Shown one piece after another: positions 10,005 to 23,529 of a stretch of 64,000 nt of DNA (within the stretch, counting starts at the first letter, position 1; each line of letters begins with the position of its first letter). A model generated the notes under the pieces. It made no database searches. It was not told where the DNA came from and worked only from the letters and a program-made list of their open reading frames with translations. Origin of the DNA: an uncultured SAR86 cluster bacterium (GTDB lineage Bacteria > Pseudomonadota > Gammaproteobacteria > Magnimaribacterales > D2472); NCBI GenBank assembly GCA_902630885.1, contig CACOWI010000005.1, forward strand, positions 33,602 to 97,601, read 5' to 3'. The translations under genes and the position numbers were made by a program.

Positions 10005-10766
10005 ATGCTTATGTCAGAAAGATTAAAGAATAAAGTTGGTTTAATCACAGGTGCCGCCCAAGGGCTCGGAAAAGAAATGGCAAAAGCTATGATTGCTCAA
10101 GGAGCAAAAATAATAATTACTGATATAAATGAAGATGTGCTGAAAGAAACATCAGAAGAACTATCTTGCAAATATCTAATGCTTGACGTCACAAAAGAAA
10201 GTGATTGGAAGGATGTAATTGGAAAAATTAACGAAGATGAAGCCTCATTAAATATTTTGGTAAATAATGCAGGTATTGGCGGCGGAGGCGATGTCGAAAA
10301 TACAGAATTAGAATCTTGGCATCAGGTTCATAGCGTAAATTTAGATTCAGTTTTTCTAGGTTGCAAATATGCAATTCCCCTTATGAGAGATTCAGGAAAT
10401 GGTTCAATTATAAATATTTCGTCAATGTCAGGAATTGTAGCCTCACATAATATGTCTGCTTACAACTCATCAAAAGCTGCAGTTAGGCACTTATCAAAAT
10501 CTGTTGCTCTTCATTGTGCAAAATCAACAAATCTAGTTAGGTGCAACTCCATTCATCCAGTTTTCACTAGAACTGCAATGGTTCAAACTATGATTGATTC
10601 AGCTCCTGAAAGAAATATTGAAGAAAAACTTGTCAAACAGATTCCTCTAAGAAAATTAGCTGAGCCAATTGATATAGCAAATGCAGCTGTCTTTCTGGCA
10701 TCAGATGAATCGTCATTTATAACTGGGACAGAATTAGTTATAGATGGTGGACTTAGCGCAACTTAA
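10005..10766 (+). CDS. Short-chain dehydrogenase/reductase (3-oxoacyl-ACP reductase / hydroxysteroid dehydrogenase-like)
   Basis: TGAAQGLG cofactor motif, NNAG, catalytic S...YNSSK, and C-terminal GTELVIDGG. Confidence 0.8.
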   Translation: MLMSERLKNKVGLITGAAQGLGKEMAKAMIAQGAKIIITDINEDVLKETSEELSCKYLMLDVTKESDWKDVIGKINEDEASLNILVNNAGIGGGGDVENTELESWHQVHSVNLDSVFLGCKYAIPLMRDSGNGSIINISSMSGIVASHNMSAYNSSKAAVRHLSKSVALHCAKSTNLVRCNSIHPVFTRTAMVQTMIDSAPERNIEEKLVKQIPLRKLAEPIDIANAAVFLASDESSFITGTELVIDGGLSAT

Positions 10767-10767
10767 T

Positions 10768-11639
10768 ATGACAGATAAATCTTTGCTTGAAAAATCGCTT
10801 GGACTATTTGAATTGCAACAAATAGACAGAGATATATTTTCTTGGAATGGAAAAAATGTTGGATATAAGAGAATATTCGGCGGTCAAGTTATGGCACAAA
10901 CATTAATAGCTGCATATAAAACTATTGAAGTAGAACATTTTGCTCATTCTTTTCATTCATACTTTTTAAGACCAGGTAATATGGATAAATCAATTACATT
11001 TACTGTTGATAGAATCAGAGATGGAAAGAGCTTTACTACCAGAACTGTTAAAGCTATCCAAGATGGTGAAGCAATTTTCAATTGCTCAATATCATTTCAA
11101 AAAAGAGAGCCTGGTTTAGAGCATCAAATTGAAATGCCAAAAGTACCTGAACCAGAAAGTTTGAAAAGTGAGTTAGAGATAAGAGAAAAAGTATTAGAAG
11201 AATTAAACATGAAAAAGGAAGATATACCAATGTTTATTCGTCAGAGGGAGATAGAAATGAGACCAGTTGAGGAAGAAAATTATTTAAAGCCCAAAAGATT
11301 ACCGCCATACAAAAACACATGGATAAGAGCCGAGGGTAAACTCCCGAAAGATCAAATAATACAACAAGCATTTTTATTATATATATCTGATATGGGACTT
11401 TTAGCAGCTGCGAATAATTCAGTTGGAGTTAATTTTTTAACGAAAAACCTTCAAAATGCTAGCTTAGATCACGCGATGTGGTTTCATAGAAAGTTAGATT
11501 TAGATGGCTGGTTTCTATATTCTATTGATAGTCCAATCACAAGAAATGCCAGAGGTTTTTCAAGAGGCTCAATTTTTTCACGAGATGGCAAACTTATCGC
11601 ATCTTGCACACAAGAGGGATTAATTAGACTGTGGAATAG

Positions 11640-11643
<4 letters not shown>
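10768..11643 (+). CDS. tesB: Acyl-CoA thioesterase II
   Basis: The track ORF starts at 10744, inside the SDR gene. ATG 10768 lies 1 nt after the SDR stop. FGGQVMAQTLIAA, HSFHSYFLRPG, RDGKSFTTR, DHAMWFHR and ARGFSRG parallel E. coli TesB. Confidence 0.85.
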
Positions 11644-14419
<2,776 letters not shown>

Positions 14420-14421
14420 TT

Positions 14422-17400
14422 ATGCCAAAACTATATAAAAAAGATGATTTTAAGGATAACTGTGGGTTCGGTCTCATTGCTAATATCAATGGTATAAGCT
14501 CTAGAAAAATTGTCACTGATTCTATTAAAGCACTTGTAAGCATGACCCACAGAGGTGGGATTGGATCTGACGGTAAAACAGGCGATGGTTGTGGTCTATT
14601 GGTTGATATCAATAAAGACTTTTATAAAGATGTTCTTTTCAAAGAGCAAAAAATAAATTTGCCAGACAGATATGCAATTGGACAAATGTTTTTATCGTCA
14701 AACATAAATGACTTGCTTCCAAAAATTAACAATATTTTAAAGAGTGAGAATCTTGAGCTAATAACATTCAGGGAGGTACCAGTTAATAAAAAAGTTCTTG
14801 GAGAAATAGCCCTTGATTGTTTGCCAAATATATATCAAATTTTTATATCTCCAAATAGTCAAAATGATGATGAAAAAGATTTTCAAACTTCATTATTACA
14901 AGCTAGAAAGTTTATAGAAGAAATATATCTTGATGATGAAGAATTATACTTTTGCAGCTTTTCCTCAAAAACTATTATTTACAAGGGATTGATGCTGCCA
15001 AATGATATTAATAATTTTTATACTGACTTAAAGTCAAAAGAGTTTAAGTCATCTATCTGTGTTTTCCACCAAAGATTCTCAACAAACACTAGTCCAAGAT
15101 GGCATTTAGCACAGCCATTTAGATACCTTGCACATAATGGAGAGATTAATGCTATCAGAGGAAATAGAAACTGGGTAAAAGCAAGGTCAAGTATCTTTTC
15201 TACTCCTTTGATTCCAAAAATTCAGCAATTCAAACAGATTGTTAATGAAGATGGCTCAGATTCGTCAGCTTTAGATAATATGATTGAAATTCTAATCAAG
15301 GGCGGTATTGATATATTTAGATCAATAAGAATGTTGCTTCCACCTGCTTGGCAAAATGCACAATTATTAGATCCTGACGTAAGGAGTTTTCATGAGTATA
15401 ACTCTATGCATATGGAGCCATGGGATGGTCCTGCAGGAATTGTAATGTCAGATGGAAAATGGGCTATCTGTGTTTTGGATAGAAATGGCTTGCGTCCAGC
15501 AAGATTTCAGATTGATCATGATGATGTTATCTCTATAGCCTCTGAAACTGGTATCAAACCTATTAATGAAAATGATGTAGCATTCAAAGGCAGAGTGTCA
15601 CCGGGTGGAATGATTGCTATAAATACTGAAACTGGGCAAATCTGTACAGAAAAACACATTGATCAGAGGCTTAAAAATAAAGCTCCATATAGAGATTGGC
15701 TTAAAGAGAGCAGCATTTATGTTGAGTCAAGCCTTGATTCATATGAAGGTCCTGGATTAAAAAAATACGATTCAGAAGAATTTAGCATATCTTCAAAATT
15801 ATTTTTACTTCACAAAGAAGAAAGGACATCTGTAATTAAACCTCTCGCAACAGATTCTCAAGAAGGCACAGGTTCAATGGGAGATGATACTGCGCTTGCA
15901 GTGATGAGTAAAATGCATCGACAAATTTATGACTATTTTAGACAGCAATTTGCACAGGTCACCAATCCTCCAATTGATTCTTTAAGAGAAGTGAGTGTCA
16001 TGTCACTTGAAACATGTTATGGCCCCGAATTGAATGTTTTTGATGAAACTCCTGAGCATGCCAAAAGGTTAGTTACAACATCTCCAGTACTTTCTCACAA
16101 AAAACTTCAATCCATTCTAAATAATCCGTATTTTGAAAGCAGTGAAATATTATTGGAATACTCTAGGGACACTTCTCTAAGTGATGCTTTGAAATTGCTA
16201 AAAAAAGAAGTAGAAAAAATTGTTACTGAAGGAAAAATTATTATTCATTTGAAAGAATCATTACCTGAAAAAGGATCATTACCAATAAACGCATTACTTG
16301 CAGTTGGATGCGTTCATCAGCATCTTGTAAAGATAGGTCTCAGATCAAAAGCAAATATAGTTATATCATCATCTTCTGCAAGAGATACTCATCAAATTGC
16401 TTGTTTAATTGGTTTTGGAGCAACGGCCGTATATCCATCTCTTGCCTACCAAACCATTTTGGATCTCACAGATAGAAATGAACTCAAAGGTGACCCTCAT
16501 CAAAATTGTGCTCGTTATAGAAAAGGTATTAATAAGGGCATACTAAAAATTATATCTAAGATGGGCATATCAACAATTTCTAGCTATCGCGGATCTCAAT
16601 TATTTGAAATAGTTGGGTTAGATGACGGAGTTGTAAATGAATGCTTTACTAATACAGTAAGCAGAATTCAAGGAAAAAGTTTTAATGACCTTGATAAAGA
16701 GATTAGAAAGCTTGATGAATACGCCAGATCTAATTTATCAGATATAAGTGTAGGAGGTCTTTTAAAATATGTTCATGGCGGTGAATACCATACTTATAAT
16801 CCTGAGATAGTTAAGAAGCTTCAAGAGGCCGTATCTTCTGGCTCAAATGAAGTCTATAAAGAGTATTCATCATTAGTAGATAATAGACCCCCTGCAATGT
16901 TAAGAGATTTACTTGGTTTAAAGTACTCAACTAAGAAAGTCAGTGAAGAACCCGAAGATATAGATAAGATTATCAAAAGGTTTGATTCAGCTGGGATGAG
17001 TTTGGGATCCCTGTCACCAAAGGCTCATGAGACACTAGCAGAAGCAATGAATGCTTTGGGAGCAAGATCAAATTCTGGAGAGGGCGGAGAAGGAAAGCAC
17101 AGGTACGGAACTAATAAGATGTCCAAAATTAAACAGATTGCTTCAGGTAGATTTGGAGTTACACCTCATTATCTTGTCAATGCTGAAGTTCTTCAAATTA
17201 AAATAGCGCAAGGTGCTAAGCCAGGTGAAGGCGGGCAGTTACCAGGTGGTAAAGTTAATGATTTAATCGCTGAACTAAGATATTCAACACCTGGAATAAC
17301 TCTTATATCACCCCCTCCCCATCACGATATTTATTCAATTGAAGACCTTGCTCAACTTATATTTGATTTAAAACAGGTAAATCCAAGTGCATTAGTCTCA

Positions 17401-18852
17401 GTAAAGCTTGTTTCTGAACCAGGTGTTGGAACTATAGCTTCAGGAGTAGCTAAAGCTTATGCTGACTTAATAACAATCTCAGGACATGATGGAGGAACTG
17501 GAGCAAGCCCCCTTACATCAATAAGATATGCTGGCTCGCCTTGGGAATTGGGACTTGCTGAAGCCCATCAAAGTCTGAGAGAATCTGGTTTAAGACATAA
17601 AATTAGACTTCAGACTGATGGCGGTATGAAAACAGGACTAGATGTTATAAAGGCTGCCATTTTAGGTGCGGAATCATTTGGATTTGGTACAGGTCCAATG
17701 ATTTCAATGGGTTGTAAATATTTAAGAATATGTCATTTAAATAATTGTGCAACAGGTGTTGCAACACAAAGAAAAGATCTTATTAATCAACACTTTATTG
17801 GTGAGAAAGAAAAGGTTATGAATTACTTTAAGTTTATTGCTGAAGATGTTAGAGAACATCTTAAAAAAATGGGTGTTAAAAAACTTGAAGATATTATCGG
17901 ACAAACAAAATACCTTGAGCAAATAAAAGATCTTGAGCCTCAATACAAAAATATTGACCTCTCAGGTCTTTTGGATACTAACGAAAAAATTAAAGAATCT
18001 CATTTTTGTACATCTACACATAATGAACCATGGGATAAAGGTATTTTAGCGAATGAAATAATGACTCAGGCTAAAACGTTTATAGATAACGAAAGAAAAG
18101 GAACACTTAATTATAAAATCTCTAACAGAGATCGATCCATTGGAGCAAAAGTTTCTGGATACATAGCACAAAAGTATGGAGAAAATGGACTTAAAAAATC
18201 ACTGACTCTTAAATTTAAAGGCTCAGCTGGACAAAGCTTTGGATGCTGGAATGCAAACAATCTTAATCTTTTGGTTGATGGCGATGCAAATGATTATGTA
18301 GGAAAAGGAATGAACGGTGGAAGAATAGTTATTAAAAATCAGTCAGACTATGTAAAAGAAAATAGAGAAACAGTTTTGGCTGGAAACACCTGCTTATATG
18401 GTGCTACAGGAGGGGAGCTATTCATTGCTGGCTCAGCAGGTGAAAGATTTGCTGTTAGAAATTCTGGAGCCAATGCCGTAGTTGAGGGAACTGGTGATCA
18501 TTGTTGTGAATATATGACTGGTGGACATGTAACAGTTCTTGGTCCTGTGGGATTAAATTTTGGTGCAGGTATGACGGGTGGCTTTGCCTACATTCTTGAC
18601 GAAGATAGAACATTTTTTGATAAATGTAATAGAGGATTAGTAAATCTAGAGAGAATTACTACAGAAGAAATGCAGCCGCACAGGAAGCATTTAAAAGAAA
18701 TATTAGAAAAACACTATAAATATACTAAAAGCTCCAAAGCAAAAGAGGTTTTAAATGATTTTGAGAAATTTGAGTCATTTTTCTGGCTTGTAGTTCCTGC
18801 AGCTTCAAATATTCAAGATTTATTGAAAGCAACAACTGCGAACGCAGCTTAG
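14422..18852 (+). CDS. gltB: Glutamate synthase large subunit
   Basis: 1476 aa. N-terminal amidotransferase nucleophile context DNCGFGLIA, an FMN/Fe-S central domain (GEGGEGKHRY, KIAQGAKPGEGGQLPG, SPPPHHDIYSIEDLAQLI, ISGHDGGTGASP) and a C-terminal GXGXG beta-helix domain. Confidence 0.95.
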   Translation: MPKLYKKDDFKDNCGFGLIANINGISSRKIVTDSIKALVSMTHRGGIGSDGKTGDGCGLLVDINKDFYKDVLFKEQKINLPDRYAIGQMFLSSNINDLLPKINNILKSENLELITFREVPVNKKVLGEIALDCLPNIYQIFISPNSQNDDEKDFQTSLLQARKFIEEIYLDDEELYFCSFSSKTIIYKGLMLPNDINNFYTDLKSKEFKSSICVFHQRFSTNTSPRWHLAQPFRYLAHNGEINAIRGNRNWVKARSSIFSTPLIPKIQQFKQIVNEDGSDSSALDNMIEILIKGGIDIFRSIRMLLPPAWQNAQLLDPDVRSFHEYNSMHMEPWDGPAGIVMSDGKWAICVLDRNGLRPARFQIDHDDVISIASETGIKPINENDVAFKGRVSPGGMIAINTETGQICTEKHIDQRLKNKAPYRDWLKESSIYVESSLDSYEGPGLKKYDSEEFSISSKLFLLHKEERTSVIKPLATDSQEGTGSMGDDTALAVMSKMHRQIYDYFRQQFAQVTNPPIDSLREVSVMSLETCYGPELNVFDETPEHAKRLVTTSPVLSHKKLQSILNNPYFESSEILLEYSRDTSLSDALKLLKKEVEKIVTEGKIIIHLKESLPEKGSLPINALLAVGCVHQHLVKIGLRSKANIVISSSSARDTHQIACLIGFGATAVYPSLAYQTILDLTDRNELKGDPHQNCARYRKGINKGILKIISKMGISTISSYRGSQLFEIVGLDDGVVNECFTNTVSRIQGKSFNDLDKEIRKLDEYARSNLSDISVGGLLKYVHGGEYHTYNPEIVKKLQEAVSSGSNEVYKEYSSLVDNRPPAMLRDLLGLKYSTKKVSEEPEDIDKIIKRFDSAGMSLGSLSPKAHETLAEAMNALGARSNSGEGGEGKHRYGTNKMSKIKQIASGRFGVTPHYLVNAEVLQIKIAQGAKPGEGGQLPGGKVNDLIAELRYSTPGITLISPPPHHDIYSIEDLAQLIFDLKQVNPSALVSVKLVSEPGVGTIASGVAKAYADLITISGHDGGTGASPLTSIRYAGSPWELGLAEAHQSLRESGLRHKIRLQTDGGMKTGLDVIKAAILGAESFGFGTGPMISMGCKYLRICHLNNCATGVATQRKDLINQHFIGEKEKVMNYFKFIAEDVREHLKKMGVKKLEDIIGQTKYLEQIKDLEPQYKNIDLSGLLDTNEKIKESHFCTSTHNEPWDKGILANEIMTQAKTFIDNERKGTLNYKISNRDRSIGAKVSGYIAQKYGENGLKKSLTLKFKGSAGQSFGCWNANNLNLLVDGDANDYVGKGMNGGRIVIKNQSDYVKENRETVLAGNTCLYGATGGELFIAGSAGERFAVRNSGANAVVEGTGDHCCEYMTGGHVTVLGPVGLNFGAGMTGGFAYILDEDRTFFDKCNRGLVNLERITTEEMQPHRKHLKEILEKHYKYTKSSKAKEVLNDFEKFESFFWLVVPAASNIQDLLKATTANAA

Positions 18853-19913
18853 TCGAGAGACTTAATTACATTTTTAATGTCGTATTTTGAAGTCTTAAAA
18901 GCATTAAATTTTTTATCTATTAAAACTAAATTAAGTTTTCCATCTTTAACTTTTTTATCTGATGCCATATATTTTTTTAACTTTGAATAATTATATTTAC
19001 TATGGTCTGTATTTAATCCAAGGGAATCAATCATATTGATAATGTTGTCAAGTTGATAATCCTTTAAATGTCCTTCATAAAATGAAACTTTAGAGGCAAT
19101 TACCATACCTAGTGTAATTGCTGCTCCATGAGTAATTTTTTTATAGTTGTTATATGCTTCAATAGCATGTCCAAATGTATGACCAAAGTTTAATATAGCT
19201 CTAATACCTGCTTCTTTCTCATCTTTCGTAACAATTTTTGATTTTGTTTTTATAGATTCTTCTATTATTATTTTTAAAATTGCTCCATCTCTTTTAATAA
19301 TTTTTTGAGAGGAATCTTCGATCATTCTTTTTAATTTTTTATTACCTATTAGAGAATATTTCAGCACTTCACCTAAACCTGATTTGTACTCAACTTCTGA
19401 CAATGTTTTTAAAAATAATGTTGATATCAAAACTAATTTGGGATTATAAAAAGCTCCAAGAAGATTTTTACCTTGTGAAAGATTAATAGCAGTCTTACCA
19501 CCAACTGAAGAATCTACTTGCGAAAGTAATGTAGTTGGAATTTGTATGTAGCTGATACCCCTTAAATAAGTTGAAGCTGCAAAACCGGTAATATCACCAA
19601 CTACACCGCCACCCAATGCGATTAAACAATCTGAACGATCAAATTTTAATTCAGTCAACTTATTAATAATATTTTGATAAGACTTGAATGATTTAGATTT
19701 TTCACCTTTATTCAAAGTTAAAGAATGTAGATTTTTAACATTGATATTTTTTTTCAGATTTTTTAAATATTTTTTAGGCACTCCATTATCAGTAATAATT
19801 AAAACTTTATTTTCTTTTGATAAAAAGTTATTAAGAGTAGTTTTGGATATTTCTTTATTTGTTATATGAATAGCATATCTTGAGTCACCTTTTCCGGCTG
19901 ATAAAATAGACAT
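18849..19913 (-). CDS. aroB: 3-dehydroquinate synthase
   Basis: GGGVVGDITGFAASTYLRGISYIQIPTTLLSQVDSSVGGKTAINL and FGHTFGHAIE motifs; sits immediately downstream of aroK. Confidence 0.9.
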   Translation of the reverse strand: MSILSAGKGDSRYAIHITNKEISKTTLNNFLSKENKVLIITDNGVPKKYLKNLKKNINVKNLHSLTLNKGEKSKSFKSYQNIINKLTELKFDRSDCLIALGGGVVGDITGFAASTYLRGISYIQIPTTLLSQVDSSVGGKTAINLSQGKNLLGAFYNPKLVLISTLFLKTLSEVEYKSGLGEVLKYSLIGNKKLKRMIEDSSQKIIKRDGAILKIIIEESIKTKSKIVTKDEKEAGIRAILNFGHTFGHAIEAYNNYKKITHGAAITLGMVIASKVSFYEGHLKDYQLDNIINMIDSLGLNTDHSKYNYSKLKKYMASDKKVKDGKLNLVLIDKKFNAFKTSKYDIKNVIKSLD

Positions 19914-19915
19914 AA

Positions 19916-20419
19916 CTAAATTTTTACAACCTTGATAATCTCAGCTGCAACCTCTTGGCTAGACTTATTTTCTGTATTAATGATATGGTCTGAAACATTT
20001 TTATAAAGATCTTTTCTTTCTTCATGAAGCTTTGTTAGTATTTGGCTAGGATCACCATTTTTTAGTAGAGGTCGATCTTTATCTTTTGAAGTTCTTTCGA
20101 CTTGCGTTGAAATCGGAGTTGATAAATAAAAAACTGTCCCTCTCGATGACAAAAGCTCTCGGTTTATTTTTGATAGAACTATTCCTCCACCTGTAGACAA
20201 AACAATTGAATTTTTCTTAACCATTTCTTCGAGCATTTCGCTCTCTCTTTTACGAAAACCTTCTTCACCCTCTAAATCAAATATCCAATCAATTGATGCC
20301 CCTGTTCTCGCTTCAATTTCATCATCCGTATCAAAAAAATTCAAAAATAATTCATCAGATATAAGTTTTCCAACGGTAGATTTACCGGAACCCATCGGAC
20401 CAACAATAAAAATATTCAT
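19916..20419 (-). CDS. aroK: Shikimate kinase
   Basis: 167 aa, P-loop GPMGSGKSTVGK, and FRKRESEMLEEM...STGGG pattern. Confidence 0.9.
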   Translation of the reverse strand: MNIFIVGPMGSGKSTVGKLISDELFLNFFDTDDEIEARTGASIDWIFDLEGEEGFRKRESEMLEEMVKKNSIVLSTGGGIVLSKINRELLSSRGTVFYLSTPISTQVERTSKDKDRPLLKNGDPSQILTKLHEERKDLYKNVSDHIINTENKSSQEVAAEIIKVVKI

Positions 20420-20521
20420 AGTTAATAAATTTAAGCCGAAATTTTAACATCTAGATTGAAAATTACACTTTTTAAATGTTAAAAAGATTTATTCTGTAGT
20501 ATTAAACATTTAAAATAAGTT

Positions 20522-22960
20522 ATGCAGAAAATTATAAAAAATTTATTTTTTATTGGAATTTTTGTCAGCATACTCTCAATATTTTTAATTCTTGGTACAT
20601 ACTTGGCTATGAAGCCTAATCTTCCTCAAATTAAGTATGTAGATGAATCAGAGCTTCAAATGCCACTCAAGGTATATACGAAAGATGGTGTTTTAATAGG
20701 AGAATTTGGTGAAATAAAAAGAAGAGCAACAAGTTTTAATGATATTCCAAATAATATTAAAAATGCTTTTCTTTCTGCTGAAGATGATAATTTTTTTAAT
20801 CATCAGGGCATAAGCTACTCAGGATTAATAAGATCTTTTGTAAGGTGTTTGAGACCCTCTGGATGTCAAGGCGGTGGAGGAACTATAACGATGCAAGTCG
20901 TTAGAGGATACTTGTTGACTCCTGAACAAACAATTGTAAGAAAAATTAAAGAAATTTTTTTAGCACTAGAACTGGAGAGTAATATTGATAAAGAAGAAAT
21001 ATTTGAACTCTACGTTAATAGAATTTTTTTAGGCAACCGTTCTTATGGAATCGAAGCAGCAGCTAATACATATTTTAATAAAAATTTATCCGATTTAACT
21101 GTTAGCGAATCAGCAACTATCGCTGCAATTGCTCAACTCCCTTCAAGAATTAATCCAGTGAAAAATCCTAGAAGGACACTTCAAAGAAGGGATTGGATTC
21201 TGTCTAGAATGTATTTACTCAATCATATTGATAAAAATGAATATTTAAATGCAATTTCAGAGGATATAAAAATAGCAAAAAATATAAATCTATATGATAT
21301 TGATGCCAAACATTTAGCAGAGTATGTCAGACAGGAAGTTATAAATAGATATGGTCTTAGAGCTTACAAAGAGGGCTGGTCAGTTTATACAACTATTGAT
21401 TCAAGTTCACAAAATATCGCAGTTAAAAGCGTTTTAAATGATTTATTTGTGTATGACAAAAGGCATGGCTGGAGGAAACCAGACAACTATGGGAATCTTT
21501 TTAACGATGAGCAAAAAGAATTTCTAGAAAATTCAAATACTAGTTTCCTTTTTGATGATCTTTATTTTGGAGATATTGATCTAGCTGAGGACAATATCTC
21601 AAATAAGCTCAGTAATATATTTGACTCTTATGCCTTTTATGAAACTCATATGAAAGCGTTAATTACGAATGTAAACGATGATGAGATAAGTTTTATAAAC
21701 GAAAATTTTGAGTTAGGTAGTATAAACTGGAGTGATCAATATGATTGGGCAAGAGAACAAATATCAATCAATGAATTGGGTTCAAAGCCATACAATTTCA
21801 ATCAAATTCTAAGTTTTGGCGATTTTGTCTATTTAAAAATAGATAATAATTCATATACCCTTGATCAAATACCAAATGTTGAATCATCTTTAATATCAAT
21901 TAATCCGAATTATGGAGACGTAATAGCTTATGTTGGTGGAAAGAATTTTAATGAAAGTAATTTTGATCGTGTAAGGTTGTCTTTTCCTCAATCTGGATCA
22001 AGTTTTAAACCGTTTATTTATTCATCTAGTCTTGCTAGTGGATATAACCTTTCAAGTTTAATAAATGATGCTCCTATTGTTTTTGAGGACGAGAATCTTG
22101 AAAGTGAATGGAGACCTCAAAATTATACTGGAGATTTTTATGGACCAATATCTATTAGAGATGCTTTAGTAAAATCCGTAAATATTGTTTCAATAAAACT
22201 TCTTAGAGAAATAGGAATTGAAAATTCACATGAATATTTAAATAATTTTGGTTTCAAAAAATCAAGACTTCCAAAAGATTTATCATTGGCTTTAGGCTCA
22301 GGCAATTTTTCCCCAGCCGAAATGGTCAGAGCCTACAGTGTTATTGCAAATGGTGGATTTATTCCTGATATACATTTCATCGACAGTATTAAAGATATGG
22401 ATGGTAATAATATATTTTCCCAAAACGAATACGAGACCCAATTTAATAATCAAAATATTTCTGCTTTTCCTTGGCTTGATACAATAGAAATGAATGCAAA
22501 AAGACCATACCATGTCTTGAATCCATTGAATAATAAAGAAAAAGTTATTGATGAAAGGGTAGCATTTTTAATGGCAGATACCTTGAAAGGCTTTATGAAA
22601 AATGGTGTAGCTGGAAGAAAGTCAGAGTTTCTTGAAAGAGATGATATTGGAGGGAAAACAGGAACTACAAATGATTCAATAAGCACATGGTTTTCAGGAT
22701 TTCATAAAGATTTAGTTACAACTGTATGGGTTGGCACGGACGATTTCACCTCTCTTGGAAAGGACGAATATGGCTCTACTATTGCTTTACCAATCTGGCT
22801 AAATTATATGGACTTTAAATTGAAAAGTTTAGACATTTCAAAAGAAGAGATACCTGAGAATATATCTTTTGTAAGGGTTAATAAAAATACAGGAGAAATT
22901 GAAACTGAATCTTCTGAAAATACATATTTTGAGCTGTTTTTAGAAGAGAATATAAATTAG
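20522..22960 (+). CDS. mrcA: Penicillin-binding protein 1A (bifunctional transglycosylase/transpeptidase)
   Basis: N-terminal TM helix; GT51 motifs FLSAEDDNFFNHQG, GGGTITMQV, RKIKEIFLALELE; transpeptidase motifs SGSSFKP and KTGTTND. Confidence 0.9.
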   Translation: MQKIIKNLFFIGIFVSILSIFLILGTYLAMKPNLPQIKYVDESELQMPLKVYTKDGVLIGEFGEIKRRATSFNDIPNNIKNAFLSAEDDNFFNHQGISYSGLIRSFVRCLRPSGCQGGGGTITMQVVRGYLLTPEQTIVRKIKEIFLALELESNIDKEEIFELYVNRIFLGNRSYGIEAAANTYFNKNLSDLTVSESATIAAIAQLPSRINPVKNPRRTLQRRDWILSRMYLLNHIDKNEYLNAISEDIKIAKNINLYDIDAKHLAEYVRQEVINRYGLRAYKEGWSVYTTIDSSSQNIAVKSVLNDLFVYDKRHGWRKPDNYGNLFNDEQKEFLENSNTSFLFDDLYFGDIDLAEDNISNKLSNIFDSYAFYETHMKALITNVNDDEISFINENFELGSINWSDQYDWAREQISINELGSKPYNFNQILSFGDFVYLKIDNNSYTLDQIPNVESSLISINPNYGDVIAYVGGKNFNESNFDRVRLSFPQSGSSFKPFIYSSSLASGYNLSSLINDAPIVFEDENLESEWRPQNYTGDFYGPISIRDALVKSVNIVSIKLLREIGIENSHEYLNNFGFKKSRLPKDLSLALGSGNFSPAEMVRAYSVIANGGFIPDIHFIDSIKDMDGNNIFSQNEYETQFNNQNISAFPWLDTIEMNAKRPYHVLNPLNNKEKVIDERVAFLMADTLKGFMKNGVAGRKSEFLERDDIGGKTGTTNDSISTWFSGFHKDLVTTVWVGTDDFTSLGKDEYGSTIALPIWLNYMDFKLKSLDISKEEIPENISFVRVNKNTGEIETESSENTYFELFLEENIN

Positions 22961-23526
22961 TTTTTAAATATACTTACTGATAACAAAGCCCAAATATTTT
23001 CTATATATGCAGAGGGAGAATCTTTAAATTTAGATCTAATAAATCTTCCTATATTTCCCTCAAGAGTGGTTATTATCAATTGAGCTGAGACGCCTGCCTG
23101 AGATCTAAGATTTTTTTCGTCTTCTTTCAACATTTGTCTTATTACTAGCTCAAATCTCTCGTAAAACTGATTGACGTTTTCACTCACATTTTGTTCGTCT
23201 GATGAAAGCGCTTCTCTTGATAACAATCTAGCAAAACCTTTATTTTTTTCGACAAAAATCATGAAAAAAATAAATGCGTTCTTAACTTTTTCTTTTGAAG
23301 AGATCTTTTCTTTTTTTAATTCATTGCATTTAGCAAAAACTGTATCATCACAAAATGAAAACAGCTCTGCATAAATTGAACGTTTGCTTGGAAAATGTCT
23401 GTAAAGTGCAGCTTCAGTGATATTTGATTTTTCTGCTAAGGAGGCGGTAGTTATTTTTGACATGTTCCTCTCCTCAAGCATACCTGCTAATGACTGAAGA
23501 ATTATATTTTTCCTATCTTTTTTCAT
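22957..23526 (-). CDS. slmA: TetR-family nucleoid-occlusion factor SlmA-like regulator
   Basis: [11 protein letters not shown]...[34 protein letters not shown] closely parallels E. coli SlmA (ILQSLALMLE...[34 protein letters not shown]). Length 189 aa. Confidence 0.75.
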   Translation of the reverse strand: [189 protein letters not shown]

Positions 23527-23529
23527 TAA

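Noticed and set aside
20468-20486. Inverted repeat CTTTTTAA-atg-TTAAAAAG between aroK and mrcA, considered as a terminator or operator
   Set aside because: The flanking genes are divergent, so no terminator is expected. The stem is A/T-only with a 3-nt loop and is therefore thermodynamically negligible. It is mentioned only as context in the pilMNOPQ-scar finding.
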